Positions 52,827 to 63,140 of a stretch of 64,000 nucleotides of DNA are shown one piece after another. The stretch comes from Tetramitus jugosus (lineage: Eukaryota; Protista; Heterolobosea), in the NCBI GenBank assembly GCA_937625935.1, contig OW569347.1, positions 622,642 to 686,641 on the forward strand, read 5' to 3'. The position numbers were made by a program, and so were the translations under genes. Numbering within the stretch: position 1 is the first letter of the stretch; each line of letters starts with the position of its first letter. Below the pieces are notes generated by a model. The model saw only the letters and a program-made list of their open reading frames with translations. It ran no database searches and had not been told where the DNA came from.

Positions 52827-55800
52827 ATGGTGTCAACTGCCAATAGTAGTAGCGCAGAGAACACGGGCACTAACAACAACATCTATAGCCAGTCCATTGT
52901 TCGTAAGCCATTCATCCAAGTTGTACAGGAATGGACAGCCACCATTGACCAGAAACTGAAGTCCAAAGTGTTTCAGAACAACTCTTCTGATTTACCCAAG
53001 TTGACAGCTATTGAAGATGAGCGCTCCTTTGAAGAGCTACTGGTTCTCATGAACGATCAAGAAACTCAAAGTGCAAAATTTTTCTTTGCTTGTAGGAACG
53101 GTAGTGATGTAGTGTCTCTGCAGTTGCTGAATCAACTGATTGAGACATGCAGTAGTGAGAACAGTTCGTTCTCCAAATTCTCTGTGGGTAAGATGACTGA
53201 CAAGGACAATTCCAGTTGCTCTCTCATGCACGTTTGTGCGCAAAGAAACAAGCCTCAATGCTTGGAGCTCTTGTTATCACTCAAAATGCCAGTCGATGTA
53301 CTCGATTCCTTGTCTTCCACTCCATTGCACTATGCGGTCGCTCAGAACTGTCATGAAGCTGTTGTGTTTCTCTTGAACAAGGGTGCTAACATCAACGCAA
53401 AAGACTCCTATTCCAAGTTTCCTCTTCTCATTGCACTCAAACAAAAGCATTATGCCCTGGCAGAGCTGTTGGCCTCTTTCCGACCTGATGTCCATCTGAG
53501 AGTATCTAAAGGCAATACAGTCTTGCATATTATGGCTGGAGAAGGTGACATCACTGCAGTGAGACTTCTCGTTGAAAAGTTGAATGCATCCCCACTGAGA
53601 AAGAACAATGAGGAAGAGAATGTCCTGTACAATTCTCTTCCTCATTTCGAAATTGTTCAATACCTGGCTGTCCAATTTGCTTCAAAGGGTTTGGATCGCT
53701 TGCTATGCAACACAAACACCTCTGGTAAGAACATTTTGCACAAGTGTGGAGTTGATGGACACATTGATAATGTGTTGTTGCTCTTGAAGTATATGAATCT
53801 TAGAGAGTTCAACCAGAAGCAGATTGAATCATTATTGAACACAATGGACAAGAAGGGAGACACGCCACTGCTTCTTGCAGTAAAGAACTCTAGAAAGGAA
53901 CTAGTTAGATTCCTAGTAGAGTGCACTGAAGTTGAGTTGAATGAAGGAGATTCAAGTGGTACGACTGCTCTTCAAACAGCAGTGAACATCTCTGATAAGG
54001 ATATGATCAACACACTCTCGAAAGCAGGAGCTTCACTGAAGCCCATTAATAGGCATGATGAGGAATCTGAACAGAATAACTGTTTCGCTTTCTTCAGGAG
54101 TATGAGCACTACTCTAGTGCTACTGCTTTCGTTCATTTCCATTATTTGTATTATATGCATGGCCGCGATTTCACTTGGATTTTATGGAGAGAGTATTAAG
54201 CGAGAAACACAGACCCAAAGAGACGCGTCTTTCAGAGAGGTTTCCGATTATCTAGGTAGTGAAATCTCAAGACATACAGTTTCATCTCTCTCAGCTCTCT
54301 CTGCATTTCAAACGAAGTTAATTGATACGAGTAAGTCACTTGATAATGCTGTGGATTTCTCTTACAACATGATTAGATCGATATACAATTCATCTGATTT
54401 CACGATTGATGTGTACTTTGGTACTCATGCGGGAGATCTAGTTGGAGTTGTTGCATACTTCAATGCTCCTGTCGATGTTTTTACAATGAATGCCACAGAA
54501 GCTGTATTCGAACACCACACAGTTCCTTCTCTCTGGGATCAAAGTCTGAGCCAAATCCTAGCTACAGGAGCCGTGTCTTACAACAATGCATCAGAAGATG
54601 ACAAATTTGGAATTTATTATCAAGCAGCAAACAATTCACTCGGGCCTGCTTGGACCCTCTCCTATGCGCAACTATCGTTTCCTGGAGCACTTTTTGTCTC
54701 CTTCATGACCTCGGTGAGAGACCCTGTCACAAAAGAAATGCAACTCTACATGGGAAGTGATATATCAACAGAAGCCATGGCACTGTTCTTGGAACAGAAA
54801 TCAATTGAGTGGTCTAGCACAATAATTGTTGTTGAGAGATCTACTGGCTATCTTATCAGCACTAGTGATCCTAATTTTTTGGTGTATTCGAATGATGGTC
54901 AGAGCATTCAGAGATTTGATGGAAGTACTGGTAGAAATGAGCTTATCAAAGCAACTCTCAGCTACTCCAGGCAACAATTCGGTCACAAACTGGAGAAGGT
55001 GAAATCGAAGGCTTATGGATTGTTTGAGCATCAAAAACGATTTTATCTTCTTAACATTGGCGAGCTGAAGGATGAGTATGGCCTGGATTGGCTCATCGTG
55101 CAAGCCGTACCTAGAGATCTCTTCTTCAAAGACTTCAAGATTGCCATTGGGTCAATGGTTGGTCTAACCTGTGTATTGCTCCTTGTAGGAGTGATAATAT
55201 CGATCGGGGCTTCTTTGTTGTTTATGGCTCCATTGAAGAGGTTGTCCGCACTGGCAGAAACGATCAAATTGTTGCAGTTGGAAGAAGTGGAGAGAAAGTT
55301 AAAACAAGAAAAGTCGTTCTTTTCAGAGATAAGAAGCTTACAGAGTTCCTTTGGGTCAATGTCTGTCAGATTGAAGCAGTTTAGGCAATTTATCCCAGAA
55401 CACATTTTGGCTGTGATAGAAACAGAAGTTGCTCACAAGGAAATTCTAAAGCTAGAGACTCTCTCTGCCTCGATCAAGAAGGGTTCAGCAAAAGATTCTT
55501 CTCTTAAGAAGGGAGAAGTGGAGCTGAATACTTTATCCGACACTTGTTCCGATACGCGTATCTCTACTGTCCATGCAAATTATCACTCAAAGGGTTTGGT
55601 GACTAATGCACTCACTTCAGGTTTGGTCAGTGGAACTGTGTCTGTGATGACTATCAAGTTTGATGATATGTCAGAAATATTGGAGTCCTATTCGAGTGCA
55701 GATGTCAATGAATCCATGAAGGGTCTATTGACTGCCATCAAGGACAAAGTTAGAGAATCAAATGCTCAATTGGTATCTCACACGCACTCTCACGCAGTCA

Positions 55801-56384
55801 TCGCCTGGAATACTTTGATCACCCAATCAGACCACCGAAACAGAGCTGTACGAACTGCCCTTGGATGTCAGAAAGCCATTTTAGGTCTACAGGAGGTTTG
55901 GAGAATGAAAGGATTACCTCTGTTGGACATTCAAATCGGATTGAGTTCAGGTCCATCCTTCTATGGTAACATTGGTTCTGATGCGACCAAAATATTTACT
56001 GTGATTGGAAGAGCAGCAACAGAATCCAAAAATGCATGTCATTTGAATGACTCTTGGGGAACAAGAATATTGGTGTCTCATGATATTTATCAAGCAGCGA
56101 AAGAATTATACTTCTTGCGTCCTATCGACAGAATAACAGATGAATTGGCGATCTATGAACTGGGAGAAGCAAGAAACACAGATGAATGGACACAGGAGTT
56201 GTCACAGGATGTGGCAAAAGAGAATGATGTTTGGTTCGAGTACACGAGGGGCTTCAAGTGCTTCGACAAGAGAGATTACGAACAAGCATTCGTTATTTTC
56301 TCTGATTACTTGGCCAAATATCCATATGATGTTGTTGCTCAGAAAATGGTTGATAAGTCAAGAACAATGATACCAGAATTGTAA
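52827..56384 (+). CDS. Ankyrin repeats - TM - extracellular Cache-like domain - TM - HAMP - class III nucleotidyl cyclase-like domain
   Basis: TPLHYAV, TVLHIMA, TPLLLAV ankyrin repeats; two TM helices; HAMP APLKRLS...SEIRSLQSSFGSM; cyclase fold IQIGLSSG..FYGNIGS...FTVIG...ILVS. Confidence 0.9.
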   Translation: MVSTANSSSAENTGTNNNIYSQSIVRKPFIQVVQEWTATIDQKLKSKVFQNNSSDLPKLTAIEDERSFEELLVLMNDQETQSAKFFFACRNGSDVVSLQLLNQLIETCSSENSSFSKFSVGKMTDKDNSSCSLMHVCAQRNKPQCLELLLSLKMPVDVLDSLSSTPLHYAVAQNCHEAVVFLLNKGANINAKDSYSKFPLLIALKQKHYALAELLASFRPDVHLRVSKGNTVLHIMAGEGDITAVRLLVEKLNASPLRKNNEEENVLYNSLPHFEIVQYLAVQFASKGLDRLLCNTNTSGKNILHKCGVDGHIDNVLLLLKYMNLREFNQKQIESLLNTMDKKGDTPLLLAVKNSRKELVRFLVECTEVELNEGDSSGTTALQTAVNISDKDMINTLSKAGASLKPINRHDEESEQNNCFAFFRSMSTTLVLLLSFISIICIICMAAISLGFYGESIKRETQTQRDASFREVSDYLGSEISRHTVSSLSALSAFQTKLIDTSKSLDNAVDFSYNMIRSIYNSSDFTIDVYFGTHAGDLVGVVAYFNAPVDVFTMNATEAVFEHHTVPSLWDQSLSQILATGAVSYNNASEDDKFGIYYQAANNSLGPAWTLSYAQLSFPGALFVSFMTSVRDPVTKEMQLYMGSDISTEAMALFLEQKSIEWSSTIIVVERSTGYLISTSDPNFLVYSNDGQSIQRFDGSTGRNELIKATLSYSRQQFGHKLEKVKSKAYGLFEHQKRFYLLNIGELKDEYGLDWLIVQAVPRDLFFKDFKIAIGSMVGLTCVLLLVGVIISIGASLLFMAPLKRLSALAETIKLLQLEEVERKLKQEKSFFSEIRSLQSSFGSMSVRLKQFRQFIPEHILAVIETEVAHKEILKLETLSASIKKGSAKDSSLKKGEVELNTLSDTCSDTRISTVHANYHSKGLVTNALTSGLVSGTVSVMTIKFDDMSEILESYSSADVNESMKGLLTAIKDKVRESNAQLVSHTHSHAVIAWNTLITQSDHRNRAVRTALGCQKAILGLQEVWRMKGLPLLDIQIGLSSGPSFYGNIGSDATKIFTVIGRAATESKNACHLNDSWGTRILVSHDIYQAAKELYFLRPIDRITDELAIYELGEARNTDEWTQELSQDVAKENDVWFEYTRGFKCFDKRDYEQAFVIFSDYLAKYPYDVVAQKMVDKSRTMIPEL

Positions 56385-56424
56385 ATGACCACATATAAAC
56401 TAAACTTATCATGTTAATCTCACT

Positions 56425-58026
56425 TTACTTTTTTCGCTTATTGATGATGGTGTATGTGATGTTCAACACGAGACACAGAATCACAGCAGTTGCACCGAAA
56501 AGTATTACGATTGCATTCGTTATGTTGTGGCTTAGGATTCGCTTCGTATATGGTGTTTTAGATTCGTTGAACACTCGCATGGCCTTGTACTTGGATACGA
56601 TTTGTAGCAGAGGAGGAAACACGAAGGTAATGATGAAACCCATCAGACCAACGTATTGTAAAATAGTGTCTAAGTCTCTGACAATGCAAGCACCAATCAG
56701 TGGAGGAATAGAAGCGCACAGGCGGAAAAGAACTTTCATTTTCCTATTCTCAAGCAGTGAGGGATACTTGTAGCAAAAAGCAGTATGAATATTGTTTCCA
56801 AGTGTAATTCCATTCAATGGGAATGCACTCAACACGTCCACAGCTGGGAACAGAACAACGATCAGAGTGACCAACCGAGCCCACATAGGAATAGTCCATC
56901 CAAATGGTACTCCTCCTCTGTAGTGAGCAAAGTTCAGAGAGGCAGCACTCATAATATTGGATCCGTAGTACATGGCCAAAATGACACCCAGCAATGTATA
57001 GAAGGCATATGTTGTCAAAAAAGTGGCTCCAAATATATAAGGCAGATGTTTCTTGTTTTTCACAGGTTGAGAGAGTCCAGGTGTTGAATGATGCAAAATT
57101 TGACTAAAGATACACACGGGCATCAAAACATACAATCCAGAAAAGTTAAATAGAGAGAACTCTGAGAGATACGGAGGATTGCGCTCCATGCTCTTGTGTG
57201 GATTCGATGTGAAACGTGAATAAGGATCCATATGAATGGAAACAAACACGACAACAATCATCAACGCCAATGACACATATCGGAAAATGGTCAACAGAAC
57301 CTGCAATGGCTTCTGTTCCGTCAAATCCAAGCATGTCAACGGCACGACAATTACTGCAAACACTGCAATATAAATCAGATAGAGATAGGTGCAGTGTTTG
57401 GAACCGTCGTGCAACACATCACACGTGTACCAACCCATATATCGCATAAAGATTGGCACATTACTGGCCATGCTCTGTGCAAACACTGAAGCATAACTCC
57501 ACAATCCACCATACATGTACAGGAACAAGCAAATCTCATAAACGACTTTTCCTCCACGCCCCAGAAACATGAGACACAATTCATTCACTTCAAACTTTCG
57601 ACTTCCAATATACATCTTTCCCACTTGTCCATCATTCTCTGCCAAGTCACTATTCGCCAAGTCAAAGAGAGCTTGAGCACGTGACATGGTCTCCAACAAC
57701 CACAACACAACAAGTGCTGCCATCACAGTCACAACAAACAGGAACAATGGTCCAAACAAAACTCCACCCTGATAGAACGCATGTGGAACACCTAATACTC
57801 CGACACCCAAAATATAATTCACACAAAAGCAATACGCAACAAAACTACCATAGCTACCGTGACCACCAGGTTGTTGGTCTTGTGTGTCAATTTCATTCAG
57901 TGCGATTTTGTTGTTGATGGTTTTTTTGGTGCTGCTGTCAACAACGTTGGTATCATGAGTCAAAAGAGATGCTGACTCGGCATACGTTTGACTACCGTCA
58001 TCTTCATTATTGTGAGACGGATACAT
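56425..58026 (-). CDS. Amino acid transporter family (AAAP) protein, TMEM104-like
   Basis: FCVNYILGVGVLGVPHAF..GG, LLETMSRA, RKFEVNELC, SQILHHSTPGL, FPAVDVLSAFPLNGITLGNN; about 11 TM helices. Confidence 0.88.
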   Translation of the reverse strand: MYPSHNNEDDGSQTYAESASLLTHDTNVVDSSTKKTINNKIALNEIDTQDQQPGGHGSYGSFVAYCFCVNYILGVGVLGVPHAFYQGGVLFGPLFLFVVTVMAALVVLWLLETMSRAQALFDLANSDLAENDGQVGKMYIGSRKFEVNELCLMFLGRGGKVVYEICLFLYMYGGLWSYASVFAQSMASNVPIFMRYMGWYTCDVLHDGSKHCTYLYLIYIAVFAVIVVPLTCLDLTEQKPLQVLLTIFRYVSLALMIVVVFVSIHMDPYSRFTSNPHKSMERNPPYLSEFSLFNFSGLYVLMPVCIFSQILHHSTPGLSQPVKNKKHLPYIFGATFLTTYAFYTLLGVILAMYYGSNIMSAASLNFAHYRGGVPFGWTIPMWARLVTLIVVLFPAVDVLSAFPLNGITLGNNIHTAFCYKYPSLLENRKMKVLFRLCASIPPLIGACIVRDLDTILQYVGLMGFIITFVFPPLLQIVSKYKAMRVFNESKTPYTKRILSHNITNAIVILFGATAVILCLVLNITYTIINKRKK

Positions 58027-60041
58027 GTTTTCAGAATAAAATGGTTTGTTGTTTGTTGGTTTGGTTTGGATGACGTCGTTTGGTTTTATGACAACGTGGA
58101 AATGGCACGTTGTGTACTCCGAAAAGAAATTTCATTGTCGGAGTGTTGCTCCTCCGCAAATTGAGCGCCAACGCGACTACAGTTGAGTGCTGCTGAGAAA
58201 ATGTTGTCACCGTACTCCTGCTCCGTATTTACCTGGTGCGGAATCTATGGCAGAGCGTCCTAATCGGCCTTGAATGACACCCCGAATTAACATATTAAAT
58301 CTCAAGTAATGATCTTTCCTCTTGTCCACCAAGATTGAATCCTACCATGAACAAGATTCTTTGACCAACAACAATGCATGCAAAGAATTGACCCGCCTTC
58401 ATACGAGTAATTCTCGAATGCTCATCACAACCATTCTCCCCTGTTCATAAACTCACAGTTTTTCCATGACCATATCACTACGACGACAAACTCAGATATC
58501 CCACACTTTTCTCATTCAACCAATTGATTTCGTCCCATCGAAACTTCAATTCATATCCATACTTCTCCAATCGAATCCTTTCTATCGTTTCTTTTCCTCA
58601 TGTAACTAGTGTCAGGTGTCTTATCAATTAGATACTCGACGAATCTGTGTTGTCTGAAAACTCTTTGTGTTCATTCTTGCATAGGAAAGAAGAGAGTAAT
58701 ATATGGATTAGGTGTTTTCTTAGGAGCTTTGGTGGTGCGAGCGCTTTTAGAAACCACTTTGGGTGTCTGGGTTGCAAAATTGCGTGCCTTCATTTATTCA
58801 TTGACTTCAAAATAGGACACTCAAATACAATATTGCTTGTTCAACAAGCTGTCAGACAGCAGAGAACAATTTGAAGTAATCCCCAGATGTGCAGCATCGA
58901 TTCACAAATATCATTGCTCTCAAGACTAGACTATGTGCTGTCAAAACAATTCATATATATGAGCTTCAATGTAGCCACATATCTCAGGATATCACATATG
59001 TACCGGCTATTCACATTCGATCGTGATGGAAACTGACAGAATTTCACACAACTTCTGTAGGATCAGCCAACATAGAAACTAATTCAAACCCAATCAATGT
59101 GAAACTCAATGGTTAGAGCTCATTTTAATCCTAGCTTTGAATGCCGAAGGGTTCTCCAGTTAGATCTCGTCACTCGCCTGATAAAAAATACTGCCAGAAG
59201 CATCCAACCAAATGACAAAGAACAAATTTAATGCAATTTTTATTGCTGAAACCTTGATGTGCGCAATGATGTTACACGAGTTTCCCTGACACGAGCAGTA
59301 TTTTGCCATGCATATCATTTCTTTTGTCACAAAGAGTCGCAAATACGTCAAGGAAGAAACAGTGACCACTCATTTATTTACAATATGACTCCTGGGAATG
59401 AGAAGAAGATATCTCAAGAACTGGTTAGTAAATTTCTGACAAAATATACTTCTAGACGTAGGCTTGAGCTGTACTTACAGCATGCATCAAGAAAAGGATC
59501 AAAAAGAATAATTAAACAACCAGAGTAAAACGAAGCGGACGACTGCGTCCTTGGATTATAAGTTGCGATCAAAAATATTTTGGTATCTTCACATTGACGC
59601 TCATGGGAGAGCTTAGTAACAGGATTAAACCTATATTATCTCGAAGACGATTGCCACCTGATGTGTTTAACACTTTTTCTGCTAGAGGATTAAAACTGCA
59701 ACATTCAACGAGCGGAAAATTAATCCGCGGCCCTTTCCCCTTTTAAACTTCGAGATCAGAGATGGATTCTCAGTGGCCACTATGTTTTGTTCAACCATTA
59801 ACATAATACAAAATGCACATGTATTCCCCGATGTTGAAAAAACATTTTTATGTCATTTTCGGGCACATAAAAATGATTTGTATCAACAATAAATAACCAA
59901 TGAGGTTGTTTTGTTTTTTGACACAACCGAAAAAAAGAAAATTTATGGTGATTTGTGTGGTGTGGTGCTGTGGTCTGTTTCATTTTCCTTAAACACACTT
60001 TACTCACACACAAAAAATCACAAATAATATCAAACGACAAC

Positions 60042-60340
60042 ATGTCCTCTTCAACAACAACCACACTCATCACCATTTACAAATCCATACTATACCATAC
60101 AACAAGACAAAGTCGAGATCCCAACAGTGACAATAATACTCGATTATCATCACAACCACCACTTTCACCACCACCATCATAATCCCACCCTTGATCCATC
60201 GGACTTGAAAGAATTACAGGAACAAATATCCGTGCATCATCAACTTTTATTGCAAACGTATAGTATATCCTATTTGGATCACACGTGGAAAAACAATAAC
60301 AACAACAACAATAGTGGCAGTCATAGTTGTGTATCGTCTT
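60042..60340 (+). pseudogene. Frameshifted host-gene 5' fragment in the subtelomere
   Basis: AC-rich leader and ATG 60042 (MSSSTTTT); stop at 60180; protein-like continuation in another frame (NPTLDPSDLKELQEQISVHHQLLLQTY, poly-N). Confidence 0.4.
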
Positions 60341-60415
60341 CAGCAGCAGCAGTAGTCGGAGTATTAGGAGTAGGGCATGAAACTGGACTTACTACAGTGA
60401 TTTTCCGACCACCAA

Positions 60416-61416
60416 TTGGTTGATATGGTTGCAAAATTCGTGGTACTTCTGGAGACGCCAGTACCTGTTCATGTCGATGAAGCTTGTAACTTCACTTCCA
60501 TTTTTTTCCAAAACTTCAAGCGCCATGAAGATACGCAAGTCGCGACTTTAACTTGCACCATCGGAAAGAGCGTGTTGCAAAAATTTTTTCCGATCCTTAA
60601 TGATGCTCGAATCATCATCATAATCATTAGGAGAGACGTTACTTGTGTTGTCGATCCTGTCCGTTTGTCGACCAACAAACATTTTAAAATGATGGCGATT
60701 CGGAATATAAATTTATTCCAACACCCATACCAAAGTGGTATTGCATATTGGTTATGAATCGTTCACAAATTGAATTGATCAACTGAATTTCTTCATTTGA
60801 TCTTTTTTCTCTATTGTTATTATTATTGGTACCCGCTAGAGACATGTTTGTTTGATTTTTGTTACTGTTCGGATATTTCGGTGAAATTGGACAATCCAAC
60901 GAGAAGAATTGACCATCCAAAAAATGAAAAACAATTGGGCAAATCTACTGTTACACATACCACCTCCACTTTCATCACGACAAGGGACACGCTATCATCG
61001 GCCAAATAACGGTTGATAGATGTGGAAACATCATTCATATGTCCGTTGGGTATCGGGGATCATCCAATGATCAGCTAATTCTTTCCCTTTCAAACATTGT
61101 TTCATTGTTACCAAAAGGTGCTAAGTTGTGTGCTGATGGTGGTTTCAGAGGTAAGGATTTAGGACTGTATTTAATCACACCAGATGATGTAAGAGACGAC
61201 GAAGCAATATCTCACTTCCAAAAAGTGGAAAGAGTAATCGTGGAATGTACCATTGGGTTCATCAAAAGTTACGAGATTCTGTCCTCGCGATTTCGTCATA
61301 ACATCGCGCTACTACCTATTGTTGCGATGGTGTGCGCGTGTTTGAATAAATTCTTGCGAAATCATCCGATTCGGACTCCTGAGTCCGTTGCAACACAGGA
61401 AGAAAGTAGGAAGTAA
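60416..61416 (+). mobile_element. Decayed PIF/Harbinger (DDE_Tnp_4) transposase
   Basis: Frame open 60928-61416: HDKGHAIIGQITVDRCGNIIHMSVGYRGSSND, ADGGFRG, ERVIVECTIGFIKSYEILSSRFRH. The upstream LDNPTRRIDHP segment lies in a different frame, with stops further 5'. The 5' boundary is approximate and no TIRs were found. Confidence 0.8.
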
Positions 61417-61437
61417 AGAGGGCCAAACTACACAAAT

Positions 61438-62274
61438 TTGGAGTTGGAGGCGGCTATTCGAACACTGGTTGTATTGATGATAAACAATAAGGTAGTGACG
61501 ATTGCTACCCTAAATTGGTTCGGACGTGACGTGGAAGACAAGAGAATCCAAAACATTTTGTTTCCTCCAGAAATTGACTCTGTTTGGCTTAGATCCATTT
61601 TTAGTCATGGAAAAGAGACAACTAAATTGCCCAAACCAGTGAACGATATCAAAACCCAGAAGGATGCTCTTGGTGTTGAGGGTGAAGGTGATATTATACC
61701 CTGGCCACATGATCAGATTCGTCTCTTTTGTGAAAAGGAATCAACGATGGATGAAGCTTTCGTTGTTTTGTATGAAGATGAAAATGTATTATCCTACAGT
61801 ACAACTACGATGCCAAATGATATGTCGCAGCTTGCCGAAGATGTTTGTGATAACAATGATATGATTCAAAGAAACAAAAGGAATGAAGAATCGGTGGTTA
61901 GAAATAATTATATAGCTTCAGAGCAAGCTAAATCATATGTTAATTACGCGGGAAATGAGCGAGAGATGATGAATGTTATGAAAGAGTATGCTTCGCTGAT
62001 TCAACTATGTACCAAGTTGATAAAAAAGGATTTTGGAGATGCTGATGATAACACTGAAAGCAAATGTTTATTTCTTCGATATCAGGCTAAAAAATGGAAG
62101 GTTCTTTGTACTACTTCCGAAGAATTGGTTAATGAAGCACGAGATATTATTGGTAATGATGTTATCCTTTCGTATGGCGAAAGCGAACATGAGAGACAGA
62201 AGGACTTTGACGTTCTGACTGAATTCAATGTTGTTGATTGTGAGAAAGTTGATGAATTTGAAAATACAATTTGA
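61438..62274 (+). CDS. Hypothetical subtelomeric ORF (possible transposon second ORF or passenger)
   Basis: 278 codons open immediately after the transposase stop; protein-like composition; no family recognised. Confidence 0.4.
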   Translation: MELEAAIRTLVVLMINNKVVTIATLNWFGRDVEDKRIQNILFPPEIDSVWLRSIFSHGKETTKLPKPVNDIKTQKDALGVEGEGDIIPWPHDQIRLFCEKESTMDEAFVVLYEDENVLSYSTTTMPNDMSQLAEDVCDNNDMIQRNKRNEESVVRNNYIASEQAKSYVNYAGNEREMMNVMKEYASLIQLCTKLIKKDFGDADDNTESKCLFLRYQAKKWKVLCTTSEELVNEARDIIGNDVILSYGESEHERQKDFDVLTEFNVVDCEKVDEFENTI

Positions 62275-62943
62275 AATAAATTTGAGTTCGATTTGTGAAA
62301 ATGAAACAGTTTTTTGTTTTTTTTTATTTTGTTTTATTGGGTGGATGCATTTTTTTTGTGTGAGAATTCGCACTTAAAATTTGGGTTGTGATGTGTCAAA
62401 AAACAAAACAACCTCAATGAGTGCAGAGAATAAAAATTTTATGTGGAGACACTCGCGATCATCCGGATAAAGGAAAGAAATTATGACAACGAATTCTGTA
62501 GAGACTTGGCGCAAGATGCTTCCGAGCATACCAAGAGAAGTTGATCATTGATCGAACACCTATTTTGTTCCTCCAACTGCATCACATTATTCAACATGAG
62601 GCTTGGCTTAGATGGTTGGGTTGTAGGGAAGGCCGTCTCTCTCTTCTTTTTTCAGTTTGGACTCACTTTTATCATACACACCGAGAAACCAACCGCTTTT
62701 TCTTGAACAAACAGCCAACCAAACTCTCAAGATATGGTCCATCCATTGATTACTAAGTCTACCTCTGAATTGCAGAAACAATTGCAAGTCGTAAATGCGG
62801 AATATCAAAAAAAAGCACATCAAAATAATCAAAGGAATGATAATATCGATTGGAGGAAACAGTACGACCCATTGAAGGTTTTAAGTATGATTTGAGTCAA
62901 GAATACCTTCATTTCTAAAATGACCCAGGGCCTGAACTTCTAG

Positions 62944-63140
62944 CTATGTTCAAGCTTCTATGATTTGGTATTCGGTGAAGATAAACAAGGAGTCAAGGAG
63001 GTGATTGAAGACTTGAAGAAAAAAATGGAGAAATTGAGAAGCTCTCTGAACTGTGTGAAGAATTGGAGATTGAGATTCCACCAACTGAGCCTGCAAAGAA
63101 GGATTTGAATTGGCTGGAGAGATCTCCGGTCATTGTGGGT
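62944..63140 (+). pseudogene. Coding-like fragment truncated by the telomere
   Basis: [23 protein letters not shown], then an apparent frameshift in the A-run to [39 protein letters not shown], which runs without a stop into the repeat. Confidence 0.4.

Noticed and set aside
58224-58240. ATTTACCTGG resembling the U1 snRNA 5' end
   Set aside because: Mismatch to ACTTACCTG and no downstream U1 loops or Sm site.
58027-63140. Fanzor/TnpB or telomeric retrotransposon in the subtelomere
   Set aside because: No RuvC, zinc-finger or reverse transcriptase motifs recognised in the frames examined.
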